From: Octopus sinensis
Taxonomy: Eukaryota
NCBI RefSeq assembly: GCF_006345805.1
Contig: NC_043009.1
Span: 59,210,001-59,274,000, forward strand
Reading direction: 5' to 3'
Length of the DNA stretch: 64,000 nt
The number at the start of each line of letters is the position of its first letter. Position 1 is the first letter of the stretch. The notes beneath the pieces were generated by a model, which ran no database searches, was not told where the DNA came from, and worked only from the letters and a program-made list of their open reading frames with translations. The translations under genes were made by a program, and so were the position numbers. This document shows, in pieces, positions 50,480 through 63,865 of the stretch.

Positions 50480-50870
50480 TAGATGGAGGCATGTTTGTGT
50501 GGTAAGAAGTTTTCTTTTCAATCACATGGCTCCAGGTTCAGTCCCACTTCGTGGTACCTTGAGTTGATGTTTTCTACTGTAGCTTCGGGCCGACGATCAA
50601 CGCCTTGTGAGCTGATTTTGTAGACGGAAACTGAAAGAAGCCTGTCGTGTATATGTGTGTGTGTATGAGTATCTCTGTGTGTGTGTGTGTCTTTGTGTCT
50701 GGGTTTGTCCATCACCACTGCTTAACAAAATGTGCCCGTGATTTTACGACCCCGTAACTTAGCGGTTTGGCAAAAGACACCGATAGAATAGGCACCTGGC
50801 GTAAAAATAACAAAATAGGTAGTTGGGTTGATTCGAAGGCGGTGCCCCAGCATGGCTGCAGTCTAATGAC
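50480..50870 (+). mobile_element. SINE family C, degenerate
   Basis: gtgtggtaagaag..., gaaactgaaagaagcctgtcg. Confidence 0.75.
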
Positions 50871-50871
50871 A

Positions 50872-51440
50872 CAGAGGAGACAAACAAGGAGAGACAGACG
50901 GATTAAGTCGATTAAATCGATCCCAGTGCGTAACTGGTACTTAATTTATCGACTCCGAAAGGATGAAAGGCAAAGTCGAGCTCGGCAGAATTTGAACTCC
51001 GAACGTAACAGCAGACGAAATACCTATTTCTTTACTACCCACAAGGGGCTAAATATAGAGGGGACAAACAAGGACACACAAACGGATTAAGTCGATTACA
51101 TCGACTCCAGTGCGTAACTGGTACTTAATTTATCGACCCCGAAAGAATGAAATGTAAAGTCGACCTCGGCGGAATTTGAACTCAGAACGTAAAGACGGAC
51201 GGAATACCTATTTCTTTACTACCCACAAGGGGCTAAACACAGAGAAGACAAACAAGGACAGACAAACGGATTAAGTCGATTACAGCGACCCCAGTGCGTA
51301 ACTGGTACTTATTTAATTGACCCCGAAAGGATAAAAGGCAAAGTCGACCTCGGCGGAATTTGAACTCAGAACGTAACGGCAGACGAAATACCGCTAAGCA
51401 TTTCGCCCGGCGTGCTAACAATTCTGCGAGCTCGGCGCTT
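50872..51440 (-). mobile_element. SINE family A trimer
   Basis: Three body+linker units and one head. Confidence 0.9.
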
Positions 51441-51559
51441 TAATCCCGTAATACATAATGCAAGATGTTCTTTGTAAAGATTACCTAAGTGACTTGACTT
51501 CTAGCCGCTGCTTCTATGATGTCGAATGTCCCTGTAGAGGCTTAGCTCAATGTTGATTT

Positions 51560-53235
51560 TATTGTTGTCGTTGCTGTAGCTACTATTGTACTTGTAATTG
51601 CTGATGTGGCAGTTGTTGCCTCCGTACAATCGATCTTATTGCCCTATTGTCTTCTTGCTGTTTTCATTGTATTTGCTTTTGTGGGGGTTTTCTTGTTATA
51701 GCTGCACATTTTGTTGATGTCGCTGTTGATGTTGCTGCTGCAGCTTTTGTTGTTGTTGTTGTTGTTGACGGTGGCAGTGGTGGTGGTGGTGGTGGTGGTG
51801 GTGGTGGTTGTCGTGGTGGTGATATTAGTGGTGATGGGTCTTGTGGTGGTGTGGGTGGTGGCAGTGACTGTAGTAGTAGTGGTGGTGGTGGTGGTGGTGG
51901 TGGTTGTCGTGGTGGTGGTTCTGGTGGTGATGGGTCTTGTGGTGGTGTGGGTGGTGGCAGTGACTGTAGTTGTAGTGGTGGTGGTGGTTGTTAAAGTAGT
52001 GAGGGCAGTGTTGCTTTGACAGGTGATGGTGGTGTTGGTGGTTATTTCATTGAGTGATTATTGTTGGTATTGGTGGTGATGGTGATGGTGATGGTAAATG
52101 TGGTGGCGCGGGTACTGGTGATGGTATTTTTGCTACTGCTAGCAATGATGATGCTGGTTGCTGCTGCTGAGGCTGCTGCTGCCAGTGAAGGTGTTGGTGT
52201 TGGTATTGGTTGACGTTGTGATAGTGAACTTTTTTCTGTATTGATTGAAGCTGTTGTTGTTGTTGCTGGTGATGGTGGTGGTTGTGGTGTTTGTGGTGGT
52301 GGTGGTGGTGGTGCTGCTGCTGCTGCTGCTAATGCTGGTGTGTGTGGGGATGGTAGTAATGGTGGGGGTTTTATGGAGGTGGTGGTACTGGTAGTGGCGT
52401 CAATGGCGTAGGTGTTATGGTGGTGGTGGTGGTGGTGGTGGTGGTGGTGGTAGTGGTTATGGTGGTGATGGTGGTGGTGGTGGTGGTGGTGGTGGTGCAG
52501 CTAATGCTAGTGTTAGCAGGGATGGTAGTGATGGTGGGGTTGCTTATGGTGGTGGTGGTGCTGGTGGTGGTGGTGCTGGTGGTGGTGGTGCTGGTGGTGG
52601 TGTCAGTGGTGTAGGTATTATGGCGGTGGTGGTGGTGTTTGTAGCGGTGGTGGTGGTGGTTGTGGTGGTGGTGGTTGTGGTGGTGGTGGTGGTGGTGGTT
52701 GTGGTGGTCGTGGTCGTGGTGGTGGTGGTCGCGGTGGTGGTGGTTGTGGTGATGGTGGTGGTGGCGGTGGTACAGCTGCTGTCGATGATGATGATGATGA
52801 TGGTTCTGGTTATAGTGACAGTGATGTTATTGATTTTTTTTTCCTTATTTCTATCGATTGTTTGCTGTTGTTGTTCTTGTTATTGTTGTTGTCATACATT
52901 AATGTCAACCCTGATTGAACTGACTCGTCACTGGATTGACAGAATCGTTTTGAGCAACGTTAGGAAAATAAGAGAAAGATACCTTGTGGTATTTAGTTAC
53001 GCCTCTTTATCTTGTAAGTTCAAATCCTGCCACGGCATCATACTTGACCTTTCACCTTTCACCTTTCACAGGTCAATAAAACAAAGCAAAAGTGAAATAT
53101 TGGAGTCGAATTAATATTCTTTTGAAAAAGCATTCAAGATGTGGATGGAATTACAAATGGAAGAGTAAAACTTTTCTCCTCCTGATTGATTGGTTGTGAG
53201 GCGAACGTTTCGTTGTTGCTATTGTCCTCTACAGC

Positions 53236-53290
<55 letters not shown>

Positions 53291-53544
53291 ATGATGGTGT
53301 TGTTGTTATAGCAGTAGCAGCAGTAACAGCAACAGATGTAGTAGTATTATAGTAGTAGTAGTAGTGGTAGTAGTAGTCGTAGTAGTAGTAAACAGCAGCA
53401 GCAGTAGTAGCAGTAATAATAGTGGTAGTGGTAGTAGTAGTAGTAGTAGTAGCAAACATGAGCAGCAGCAGTAGTAGTAGTAGTAACAATCGTGGTGATA
53501 GTAGTAGTAAGATCATCATCAGCAGCAGCAGTAGTAGTAGTAGC

Positions 53545-53618
<74 letters not shown>

Positions 53619-53650
53619 TAGTAGTAGCAGCAGCAGCAGCAGTTATCATA
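51560..53650. repeat. Extended (GGT)/(TTG)/(AGT)/(AGC) trinucleotide region
   Basis: Directly visible. Confidence 0.9.
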
Positions 53651-53989
53651 GCTGCACTTGTTTCATCCCTTGCCATTTCTGATTAAGCTCAATTATGAAA
53701 AATTTCCAGCCGTGACTGATCCATTGAGATATGAGTACATCGAGGACTACATCATCTAAATGTGTTCCGTCTCTCCTTTACGATACTACGCAGGTTTCAT
53801 TACAGGAGAGGCTTCTTCACAGTTTCCCAAATAATAGCGTGCAAAAGCTTGTCATATCTGTGTGTGTGTGTGTGTGTGTGTGTGCGTATGCGTGTTTGTG
53901 TGTCTATCTGTGTGTGTATGTGTGTGTATGTGTGTGAGAGAGATAGTGAGTGTGTATGTGTGTGTGTATTTTTTTAATGTGTGCGTGCG

Positions 53990-54187
53990 TGTGTTGTTGC
54001 CTGTGTTTGTAAACCATTACCGATTGACAACCGGTTTTGGTTTGTTTACACCCCTGCAACCTAGAGGTTTGAGAAGAGATATTGATAGGATAAGTACGAG
54101 ACTTAAAAAGCGTGTACTGTGGTTGATTTGTGTGAGGAAACCTTTCAAAGCAGCGCCCCAGCGTGGCTGCAGTCCAATGACTGAAAT
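53990..54187 (+). mobile_element. SINE family C 3' part, degenerate
   Basis: ttgacaaccgg, gataagtacgag, gctgcagtccaatgactgaaa. Confidence 0.6.
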
Positions 54188-54273
54188 CATTGTTCAGCAT
54201 TTGGAATCCTTTTAAAATGTCAGCTTTGAAGATGTTGTTGTTCTTCTTGGTTCACGACGATTGTTGATGTTTT

Positions 54274-54630
54274 TAAGGCAGCGAGCTGGCAGAAACGTTA
54301 GCACGCTGGACGAAATGCTTAGCAGTATTTCGTCTGTCTTTACGTTCTGAGTTCAAATTCCGCCGAGGTCGACTTTGCCTTTCATACTTTCGGGGTCGAT
54401 TGAATAAGTACCAGTTACGCACTGGGGTCGATATAATCGACTTAATCCGTTTGTGTGCCCTTGTTTGTCCTCTCTGTGTTTAGCCCCTTGTGGGTAGTAA
54501 AGAAATAAGTATTTCGCCCGTCTTTACATTCTGAGTTCAAATTCCGCCGAGGTCGACTTTGCCTTTCATCCTTTCGGAGTTTATTAAATAAGTACCATTA
54601 AATAGCCCCTTGTGGGTAGTAAAGAAATAG
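54274..54630 (+). mobile_element. SINE family A dimer (second unit internally deleted)
   Basis: aaggcagcgagctggcag head; ends at gtagtaaagaaatag. Confidence 0.9.
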
Positions 54631-56373
54631 ATTGATGTTCACAATAAGGTCATCCCTAATCTCCAAACCCATGAGACTTCCGGATATTTCTATCCCCTCT
54701 TTTTATTTACTCAGACGCGAGATTCCTAGGATGATATTATTCAACAAGTCCTTTTTTTTTTCAAAATAAAATGAAATAAATGTTCATTGAAGTTAAAGTT
54801 TGGCTGCTACTTCTAACATTTCCCGAAACCGTGTGGAAGTCTCTTCACTACATCATGGTAACTGTGTCATTCTCAATACATCTGGATGGTCGGTGATGGA
54901 GGGAGACATCCCCTTAAATCTTTTGTCTTGATGTAGAGTATCTAGAACAAGTATGCTAGCTTATTACCCAGAATATCTAGGGCAACTGACGCTCTCTTGT
55001 AAACCACATTGAAATAAATAAGAGGGACGTTTTAGTTTATACGCATTAACTCTATGTCCCGAGACTAATTGAGGAATGAACTGGGGGGTAATAAATATAA
55101 TATTCAGGTGATAAAATAAGAACAGAAGATATTAGTAAAAACAACAAAGGATAAACACAATATATTTATTTCTCGAGCAGTAACGAACTGAGATTTTGGA
55201 TGTTCTAAATATGTCACCACATTACGAGTGAATGAATCACACAGGTATTTTTTTTTTTTACATATGCATGGTGAGGTAACATGATATGGGTCTATTCATT
55301 ACTCTAATGGCAAACCATCAGAATATTTATTATTATAAAACAGACCAGTTTGGCTGTGGTTGTTGTTTGACCTCAGCGTAAAGGTAAACATCCTAAAGGC
55401 GACTTTTGATCAAATTGATTCCAGCCATAACCATCCCTTCTTTTCAGTCGGGTATTGCGTATCTAGGACAAGATTATTTATTGTGCCCTTTCTTTCTATG
55501 ATACGACAGAGTATAATTTCAGAGTTATCTATTAGCTGTCTTACAAGTCACACGACCACTACAAGCCATCTTTACCGTTGGCTCGTTTCGCAATGTAGTG
55601 GGATGGAGTATTTTATACTACATTTACTTTTCATACGAATATACCACCAAGAACACCAGGGTAAGCTCATGAAAATCGAGGTTATGTACGGTTTCGATGC
55701 ACTGTTAATCCCACACCAGTTAATTAATGCTAGAGAAGATAGACGAAGCAAAAATTAAAGAGGAGAATATCACACCTTCATATATATGGTCACTTAAAAT
55801 TGTATTTTTGTCACATGTTTCCCTCATTTCATGAGATTAGTGTTGTCCAAGAGAAAAAAACAGACATAGGTCGATAAAACAACACTGCAAAACACTTTTT
55901 GACCGATGCTCATTACGCTCTGAGTTTAAATACTGTTGGATTCATCTTTGCTCTTTCATGACACTTGGGGTGATTAAATAAGTACAATTCTAGTAATACC
56001 GTTAATGATGCCGACTAATTCCCTCCGTTAACGTTACTGGTCTTGTGTCTAAACTTAACAGTTATTGTTTTTTGTTACATACTTCGGATCATAAAGAACG
56101 CCTTGGAAATAGGAGCACGAGTCCCCGGAAGCGATGTCAATTTTGGCTACTAATTGTCTTCAGAGCACAATATGAACAAGAGATGAGCGTAAACATAGTA
56201 TTTGACGATATGTAATAGAATGGTTTTACCGTCTACATACAAGTTCTAATGATCCAACAAGACTACAAAGTAATTCCCGAACTGCATCCTGCAGTGGGTG
56301 TTGTGAGGAAGATCTTAAAGCTCAGCATCCAATATAATTAGACCAACTGCTGCAAATATTAAAGAGCTTTTCA

Positions 56374-56585
56374 TGAAGACGTGGTTATATCTTGAATGTA
56401 ATAAAGTGTAGAACTAGATTGTTATCCTGCTTCCAGCTATAGTGTTGCTACCAAGATTTGAAAACTAGAAGACATTTCCCTCCTTATTTTGTTATTTAGG
56501 TGGGGGATTTTTTAAAAACAAGGGAGAATTTGCGGCGATGTTCAATGAACAAATTATTCACACTACCCGGCAGTGGCTAAAAGCA
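56374..56585 (+). repeat. ~210-bp direct repeat, copy 1 (copy 2 at 57208-57418)
   Basis: Near-identical blocks, e.g. ttatcctgcttccagcta, ggatttgaaaactag/agatttgaaaactag and cccggcagtggctaaaa. Confidence 0.9.
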
Positions 56586-57207
56586 ACAAATAAATAAATG
56601 ATTAACATTGCTGGCCATGAGGGGAAACCAAGGATAACTCGTGGGTTAGCAAAGATAATACTTAGTCTGCAGAGACAGGCGAACTATAGGATCGAATAAT
56701 TCCTTCTCCAAGCTATCAACTGCACAGGTCCTTCTTAGCCGCATTATAGCACCGCTCACCCAACAATTCAATCCAAGGGGTTTTAAAGTATTGATCTAGT
56801 GACAATAAACCACAGTACACATAGATCAGAATTGGGACCTAAGCAACTGCCCAGCAGTGGCGGCTTCTGTATAAGAACTGCAGAACTGCAGCACCCACTA
56901 TTTCCACACAATATTTTCGATAATATTCAATATAATGAGTCCTTTTTTTCTTTAATTCTTTCTTTATACTTGTACATTATATAATACTTAAGCTCAATGT
57001 CAGTAGCCATCCCTTAGTTTATGAAAAAATACAAAAATCCTTGTATAGAACTGTGCTCTTCATAATTCCAGCTGTGTTTAGCTGTTGTGCTCATGCAAGC
57101 AAGTCCGAGATAGGATAGCTTCACACTAGGGAATAAGAGCACTGCGTGAGCGACAGTGCTGGGTGGAAGGTAGTGTTTTTTTTTTTTGACTCCGCGTGTG
57201 TTGTGCT

Positions 57208-57418
57208 TAAAAACGTGTTTATATTTTGAATGTGATAAAAGTGTAGAACTAGGTTATTATCCTGCTTCCAGCTACGTGTTGCCACCAGGATTTGAAAACT
57301 AGAGGACATTTCCCTCCTTATTTTGTGATTTAGTGGGGATTTTTTAAAAACAAGGGGGAATTCGCGGCGATGTTCAATGAGAAAATTAAACACACAACCC
57401 GGCAGTGGCTAAAACGCA
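57208..57418 (+). repeat. ~210-bp direct repeat, copy 2
   Basis: See the copy at 56374. Confidence 0.9.
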
Positions 57419-58262
57419 AACCGATCGTGTTTGTGTATAAATTTTCATTCATATGTTTGTTTCCTTTCACATAATATTAAAGCAACGGCTAAAAATTTTC
57501 TGAAGCAGCATTCCCACTAATTTTATCTACGAGCCGCCACTGCTGTCCGGTGTATCTATGCTGTAAGACGGCATTGCCCCTGAGTTCACATGATAGCCTT
57601 GTTCTCTTACCAAGTTAGTTCGCCAGGACAAAAGCTTTTGGCGGGCTTCTGCTGTTGTTATTGTAATTGTTGTTGTCGTCCACGTCGTCCACGTCGTCTT
57701 CGTCAACATTATCTCTTACTTATCGTCTGCTTAATGCTGATCGAATAGACCAATGACCAAAGCCATTCCAATTGTGACCATCCCTTCTTTCCAGTGGCAT
57801 CAAAGGCTACATTTTCTGATGTGGCATTTTTTCCTCTTAAAGCGGTGGACGTGCGTAATTTGAGGGAGATTTGGCTGCATTTTCTAGCAGGTCGATTTAT
57901 TAAGCAGCAGGTCAAACAGTATTTTTTTTTGTCCTCCTCATCAATTCCCTTACATCACTAACAAGCATCTGGGAAACGCATGAACAGCACAACGCTAACT
58001 ACAGGTCTATAGACCTGAAGCTTAAATTTGTGTCCAGAAAAACAATGGTTTACATTTCTCACTCATTCCCTCTCTCTCTTCCTCTCTCTTTCTCTCTCTC
58101 TCTCTCCCTCCCTTTGTCTCGTCGTCTCTCCTTCGCTGCATCTCCAATTCTTCCTCTCTCTTTCTCTCTTTCTCTCTTACTCTCTCTTACACACACACGC
58201 ACGCCTACACGTACATACATACACACACATATACACAAATGCATACACTTTCATTCAACCAC

Positions 58263-58306
<44 letters not shown>

Positions 58307-58419
58307 TTAACAATTAAGGATAACTTCTTAATAAGGAATCTTAACAAGAAATTATCAGGTAGACAGCGTGAAAAACCTCATAAGAGAAAAATTTCGAAAA
58401 TAATTCTTTCTTATTGAAC

Positions 58420-58711
58420 ATATTAATTTATATATAGAGGGCATTATTATACATACATGCCACACGCTAAAAGGGACAAAAGGGACAATGCAATTTTTCA
58501 AAGCAAGACATTTAAAAAATGAATTTAGTCTTGTATCACCTGTGATTTCGTACTTACCGATGAGTACGGTCGCAACTGCGGTAAGTACGAAATCACAGGT
58601 GATACAAGACTAAATTCATTTTTTAAATGTCTTGCTTTGAAAAATTGCATTGTCCCTTTTGTCCCTTTTAGCGTGTGGCATGTATGTATAATAATGCCCT
58701 CTATATATAAA

Positions 58712-58718
<7 letters not shown>
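58420..58718. repeat. Palindrome: 140-bp arms, 19-nt spacer, in TA-rich flanks
   Basis: 58420-58559 is the reverse complement of 58579-58718; no mismatch found by eye. Confidence 0.95.
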
Positions 58719-58760
<42 letters not shown>

Positions 58761-58964
58761 GCACATACATATGCATAAATATATGTACAAGAATGTCAGC
58801 ACCGCCCTTCATACATACATACGCATAGAAACACAAAGTAAAACCAAACATACACACACACACTCTCACACACACACAACACACACACTCACTCACTAAC
58901 TCACTCACACACATTTGAGACAAACACGACTGACAAGATCAAAATTTGTATTTCAAATATCTGA

Positions 58965-58980
58965 CAGCGCCCTCTCGCGG
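58965..58980 (-). promoter_or_regulatory. CTCF-like motif CCGCGAGAGGGCGCTG
   Basis: Fits the CTCF core consensus CC(A/G)C.AG.GGGCGC and lies in a short CpG-rich non-repeat patch. Confidence 0.3.
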
Positions 58981-59214
58981 AATTGTCTTCCCGAAAGTTG
59001 CGTAGTAAAAAAAAAAAAAACGAAAAAAAAAAAAAAAGAGCCAAGAAGTAAATATGAAACATAACGATGTCAATGGCGGCGATGCTCCCCGCTCTTTCTG
59101 AAAACGACTCAACTATTTTGTTTTATGAGGGGTGTGTGCCTTATATAGTGAAATAGTTGTATTCCAGAACAATGGGGTTATATGGGGGGGGGTGCAGAGT
59201 GGAAGGGCAAAGTC

Positions 59215-59245
<31 letters not shown>

Positions 59246-59317
59246 ATCGCACACACACACATACACAAACACACACATATATATTTATATGAATGAATTA
59301 GAGAGGGTTAGACAGAA

Positions 59318-59334
59318 TGGTGGTGTTGTTATTG

Positions 59335-59366
<32 letters not shown>

Positions 59367-59945
59367 GGTCGTGGTCGTGGTCGTGGTGGTTGTGGTGGTC
59401 GTCGTCGTGGAGGTGGTGGTGGTGGTGGTCGTGGTGGTGGTGGTTGTGGTGGTCGTCGTCGTGGAGGTGGTGGTGGTGGTGGCGGTGGTGGTCGTGGTGG
59501 CGGTGGTGGTGGTGGTGGTGGTGGTGGTGGTGGTGGTGGTGGTGGTGATGGTGGTGGTGGTGGTCGTGGTCGTGGTGGTCGTGGTCGTGGTGGTCGTGGT
59601 CGTGGTGGCGGTGGTCGTGGTGGCGGTGGTCGTGGTGGCGGTGGTCGTGGTGGCGGTGGTCGTGGTGGTGGAAGCATCGTCCCCGCGATCGTGGAGTCGG
59701 TGGTGTCAGATGGGGTCGGGGATGATGCTGGAATTGGTGATAGCGATGGAGGAAGCGGTGACGGTGGTGGTGCTAGTGGTGCTAGTGGTGATGGTGGTGA
59801 TGGTGGTGGTGTTGGTGGTGGTGGTGGTGGTGGTGGTATTGGTGGTGGTGCTATTCGGTAGCACTGGTGATGATGGTATTCGAACTGGTGGTAGTTGTGG
59901 CGGTGATGATTGTGGTGGTGGCGATGGTGGTGGTGGTGGTGGTTG
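59318..59945. repeat. (GGT)/(CGT)/(GGC) G-rich trinucleotide block
   Basis: Directly visible. Confidence 0.95.
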
Positions 59946-60827
59946 TATATGTATGTGTGGAGGTTAAGAGAGGAAAGACAGATTTTTTTTTAAAAATTTC
60001 TCTGAGGTGAATAACGAAAGTGGATGTAGGCTTGTCTTATCGAGAGAAAGAGAAAGATAGAGAAGACAATAGCGAGAAGAGGTAACGCGGTGGCGGAGTT
60101 GGCGGGGTTGGTGGAGGCGGTACTTGTTGAGGTGGTGGTGGTGGTGGTATCTAGAGACGTTGGTGCGTTAGTGGGTTAGCAGACGCAGGAAGTTGGTGTG
60201 TGGATGACAAATGGATGCAACAGGAAATCACGGAGAATCTTTGTCTGTTTTTAACTCTTCCCCCTCTAACCCCCCCCCCCGCCCGCCACTTCATATTCTT
60301 CACTTCACCCATTTTCTTTCAATTTCCTTCTTATCTTGTCTCATTCTTCCTTTCTTTCGTTTACCTTCCTGCCCTCACTCTCTTCTTCTCTTTCTTCATT
60401 TCTCTGTCTCCCTCTCTGTCTCTCTCCATCTCTCTCTCTCTCTTTCTATTCATACATATATATACATACACTCACACATGCACATACACACAAATATGTA
60501 TACATATATATATGTGTGTGTGTGCATATGTATATATACATATTGATATATATATATATAGAACTATATATATATCTATCTTTCTACATATATATGTATA
60601 TATGTGCGTGTTTGTGTGTACACGAACACGTGTATTTACATATATATATATATATACATAAATATATACACACACACATACATACAAACACACACGCGCC
60701 CAAACACACACATATATATATATACATATACATATATATATATATATTATATATATATATATATATATTTACGCATATATATGATATGAGGCTTATCCAT
60801 AATAATGTATATACAAACGAACAGAAT

Positions 60828-60875
<48 letters not shown>

Positions 60876-61083
60876 ATATACTTACACACAGCCCATAATG
60901 AAGCTATTAAATTACAATTCTGATTATAGCAACTGTTTCTAGGTTAAGTTGTGAAAGTTGGCAACCATCAGGTATAAATTAGTTGAAGTGGGAATATTAA
61001 ACCTTGTCTCACTCCACTACATTACATAAATCACGACGAGGAATATGCTTATGTGGCGCCCTCTCTTATCTACTATGTTCATC

Positions 61084-61507
61084 ATGATGCTGCTGCTGCT
61101 ACTGGTGGTGATGCGGGTGATGGTGATGATGAGGAGGAAGAGGGCTCCGACGCTGACGACGATGGTAATAATGATAATGGGGTTTGGTGATCGGGATGAT
61201 GATGATGATAACGATGATGATAATGATGATGAGGATGAGGATGAGGATGATAATGGTGATGATAATGGTGATGTTGCTGATGACGACGACGACGACAAAT
61301 GTTGATGATGATGATGATAACGATGATGATGATAACGAAAATGATGTTCATGATGACGATGATGGTGATGATGATGATAATGATGACGATGATGATGATA
61401 ATGATGATGATAATGATGATGATGATGTTGACAACGACAACGGTGACAACGACGATGGCAATAATGATAATGAGGTGTGGTTATGGAGGTGAAGATGATG
61501 ATGATAC

Positions 61508-61540
<33 letters not shown>

Positions 61541-61600
61541 AACGATGCTGATGATGATGATGATGATGATGATGAGGAGGAGGAGGAGGAGGAGGAGCGG
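61084..61600. repeat. (GAT)/(GAC)/(GAG) trinucleotide block
   Basis: Directly visible. Confidence 0.95.
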
Positions 61601-61845
61601 GGGAGAGGGATTTTGGTAGTGGTGCTGCTGGGCGCTTATTGCATTGATAACGATGGTTGTTTTCCATGTTGATAATAATTGTGTTTCCTGTACATAAAAC
61701 ACGTAAATAATGTTTTATGTTGCGAACGAGAAAAAGAAAGTTTCATACAAAAGATCGTATAAATAGTCTAAATACAAACAAACAAGCGTACGCGCACGCT
61801 CACACACGCACACACAAACACGAACACAAACACATACACATACAA

Positions 61846-62004
61846 AGGAGTGGCTGTGTGGTATGAAGCTTGCTTACCAACCGGATGGTTCCGAGTTCAG
61901 TCCCACTGCGTGACACCATGGGCAAGTGACTTCTACTATAATAGCCTCGGGCCGACTAAAGCCTTGTGAGTGAATTTCGTAGACGGAAACTGAAAGAAGC
62001 CTGT

Positions 62005-62045
<41 letters not shown>

Positions 62046-62112
62046 CAAAATAAGAATGAAGGATATATGTTATCCCATGGAGGGTTGCATTTACAACCCC
62101 TATCTCAATTTG

Positions 62113-62162
<50 letters not shown>

Positions 62163-62425
62163 GTGTGTGTGGTGTGTGTGTGTGTGTGTGTGTGTGTGTG
62201 GTGTGGTGCTGTGTGTGTGTTTGTGAGTCTGTTTCTTCCCCCCCCCACCACCACCATCACTATCGCTTGTCAACCGATGTTGATATGTTTACTTCCTCCT
62301 AACCTAGCGTTTCGGCAAAAGAGACCGATGGAATAATACTAGGCTTGCAAAGAATAAGTCCTGGGGGTGGATTTCTTCGACTAAAGGCTGTACTCCAGCA
62401 TGGCTGCAGTCAAATGGCTGCAACA
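61846..62425 (+). mobile_element. SINE family C with an expanded internal microsatellite region
   Basis: Head ggagtggctgtgtggtatgaagcttgcttaccaacc; about 200 bp of TA/TG inside; 3' half present. Confidence 0.85.
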
Positions 62426-62429
62426 AATA

Positions 62430-62499
<70 letters not shown>

Positions 62500-63593
62500 C
62501 AATGAGTCAATGATTCACTCCCTTGACAATTTAGAGTGTCATGTGATGCGTTCGTTCAAGATTTTTATCTCGGTGAACACGATTTGTGGAAAAACAAAAT
62601 ATTTCTTTTCAGCTTAATTCTTCTAAGATAACATTTGCCTTGCTGACAAATATCTGTGAAATAAAGAAAAGAAAAAAAATAGGACGACTTCTTAAACTTT
62701 ATTTCTTAACAACGATGCCTAAGGCTGCTTCGTCCCAGATTGGATCATATTGATCGACCTCAAAATGATTTGTGGCAAAGCTGACCTGGAAAAGATTTGA
62801 ACTCAGAGAATAGGCAGCTGGAGTAACTAGGGCAGGGTCATGCTGGAGCACTGCTGTGAAGTATTTAGTCGAACAAAGAGACCCAGTACTAATTTGTTTC
62901 ATTATTTTTCATTAGGTATACATGTATGGATATATGTGTCCTTTATTTTTTTTAATTATTATAAATCTTCCACTGAGGCGGGAGCCGGATTCCAACAAAG
63001 ATACAAGGCTCCATCTTTGGGACTTAGTTAACACAAAATATGTATCTGTGTATGTACGTGTGTATGTATGTATGTATGTATGTATGTATGTATGTATGTA
63101 GGTAGGTAGGTAGATAGGTAGGTAGGTAGGTAGGTGGGTAGGTAGGTATGAAGTTTGGATTTTATTTATCAGCCGTTTTTGCTGAACCAATACGCTATGT
63201 GGATGTAAACAATCCGATATCGGTTTTCAAGAGTGGATGAGAGGAGGCGGGGTAACAGACGCAATGACAAACACATTCACATACACAAACAAATATATAT
63301 ACGGCAAGCAGAGCCGCTTTAATATCGGCCCTGCATAGAGGCCCTAAGCACTTAAAAAATTTTGCTAAACCCAAACCATAAAATATATTTCTAATTTTTA
63401 AAAATCAAACAAACCTAACAGTAAGATAACAAAATATGTTTATTTATTTATACTTCCACTTTATTAATATTTGAAAAGCTTTCTCATATTTTTCTTCCTT
63501 TCCTTTCTTTTTTTTTCCCATTTTTTTTATTGAAAAGTCTTTGATCAGAGCACCATTATGACATTATCAACACTACGAAATTACATTTCTGAT

Positions 63594-63819
63594 CATACTC
63601 TTTTACTCTTTTACTTGTTTTTCAAGTCATATGACTGCGGCCATGCTGGAGCACCGGCCTTTAATCGAGCAACTCGACCCCGGGACTTATTCTTTTTATA
63701 AGCCCAGTACTTATTCTATCGGTCTCTTTTGCCGAACCGCTAAGTAACGGGGACATAAACACACCAGCATCGGTTGTCAAGCAATGCTAGAGGGACAACA
63801 CAGTCCATAAACACTCACA

Positions 63820-63865
<46 letters not shown>

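Noticed and set aside
55360-55758. 132-aa ORF with a donor-like site at about 55660
   Set aside because: No recognisable domain, starts at TTG, and no supporting neighbouring exons.
56374-57418. TRIM (mini-LTR element)
   Set aside because: No target-site duplication, PBS or PPT, and copy 2 lacks the 5' TG.
59285-59861. Gly/Arg-rich and Pro/Arg-rich ORFs resembling RGG or extensin proteins
   Set aside because: Encoded entirely by GGT/CGT repeats with no flanking coding context.
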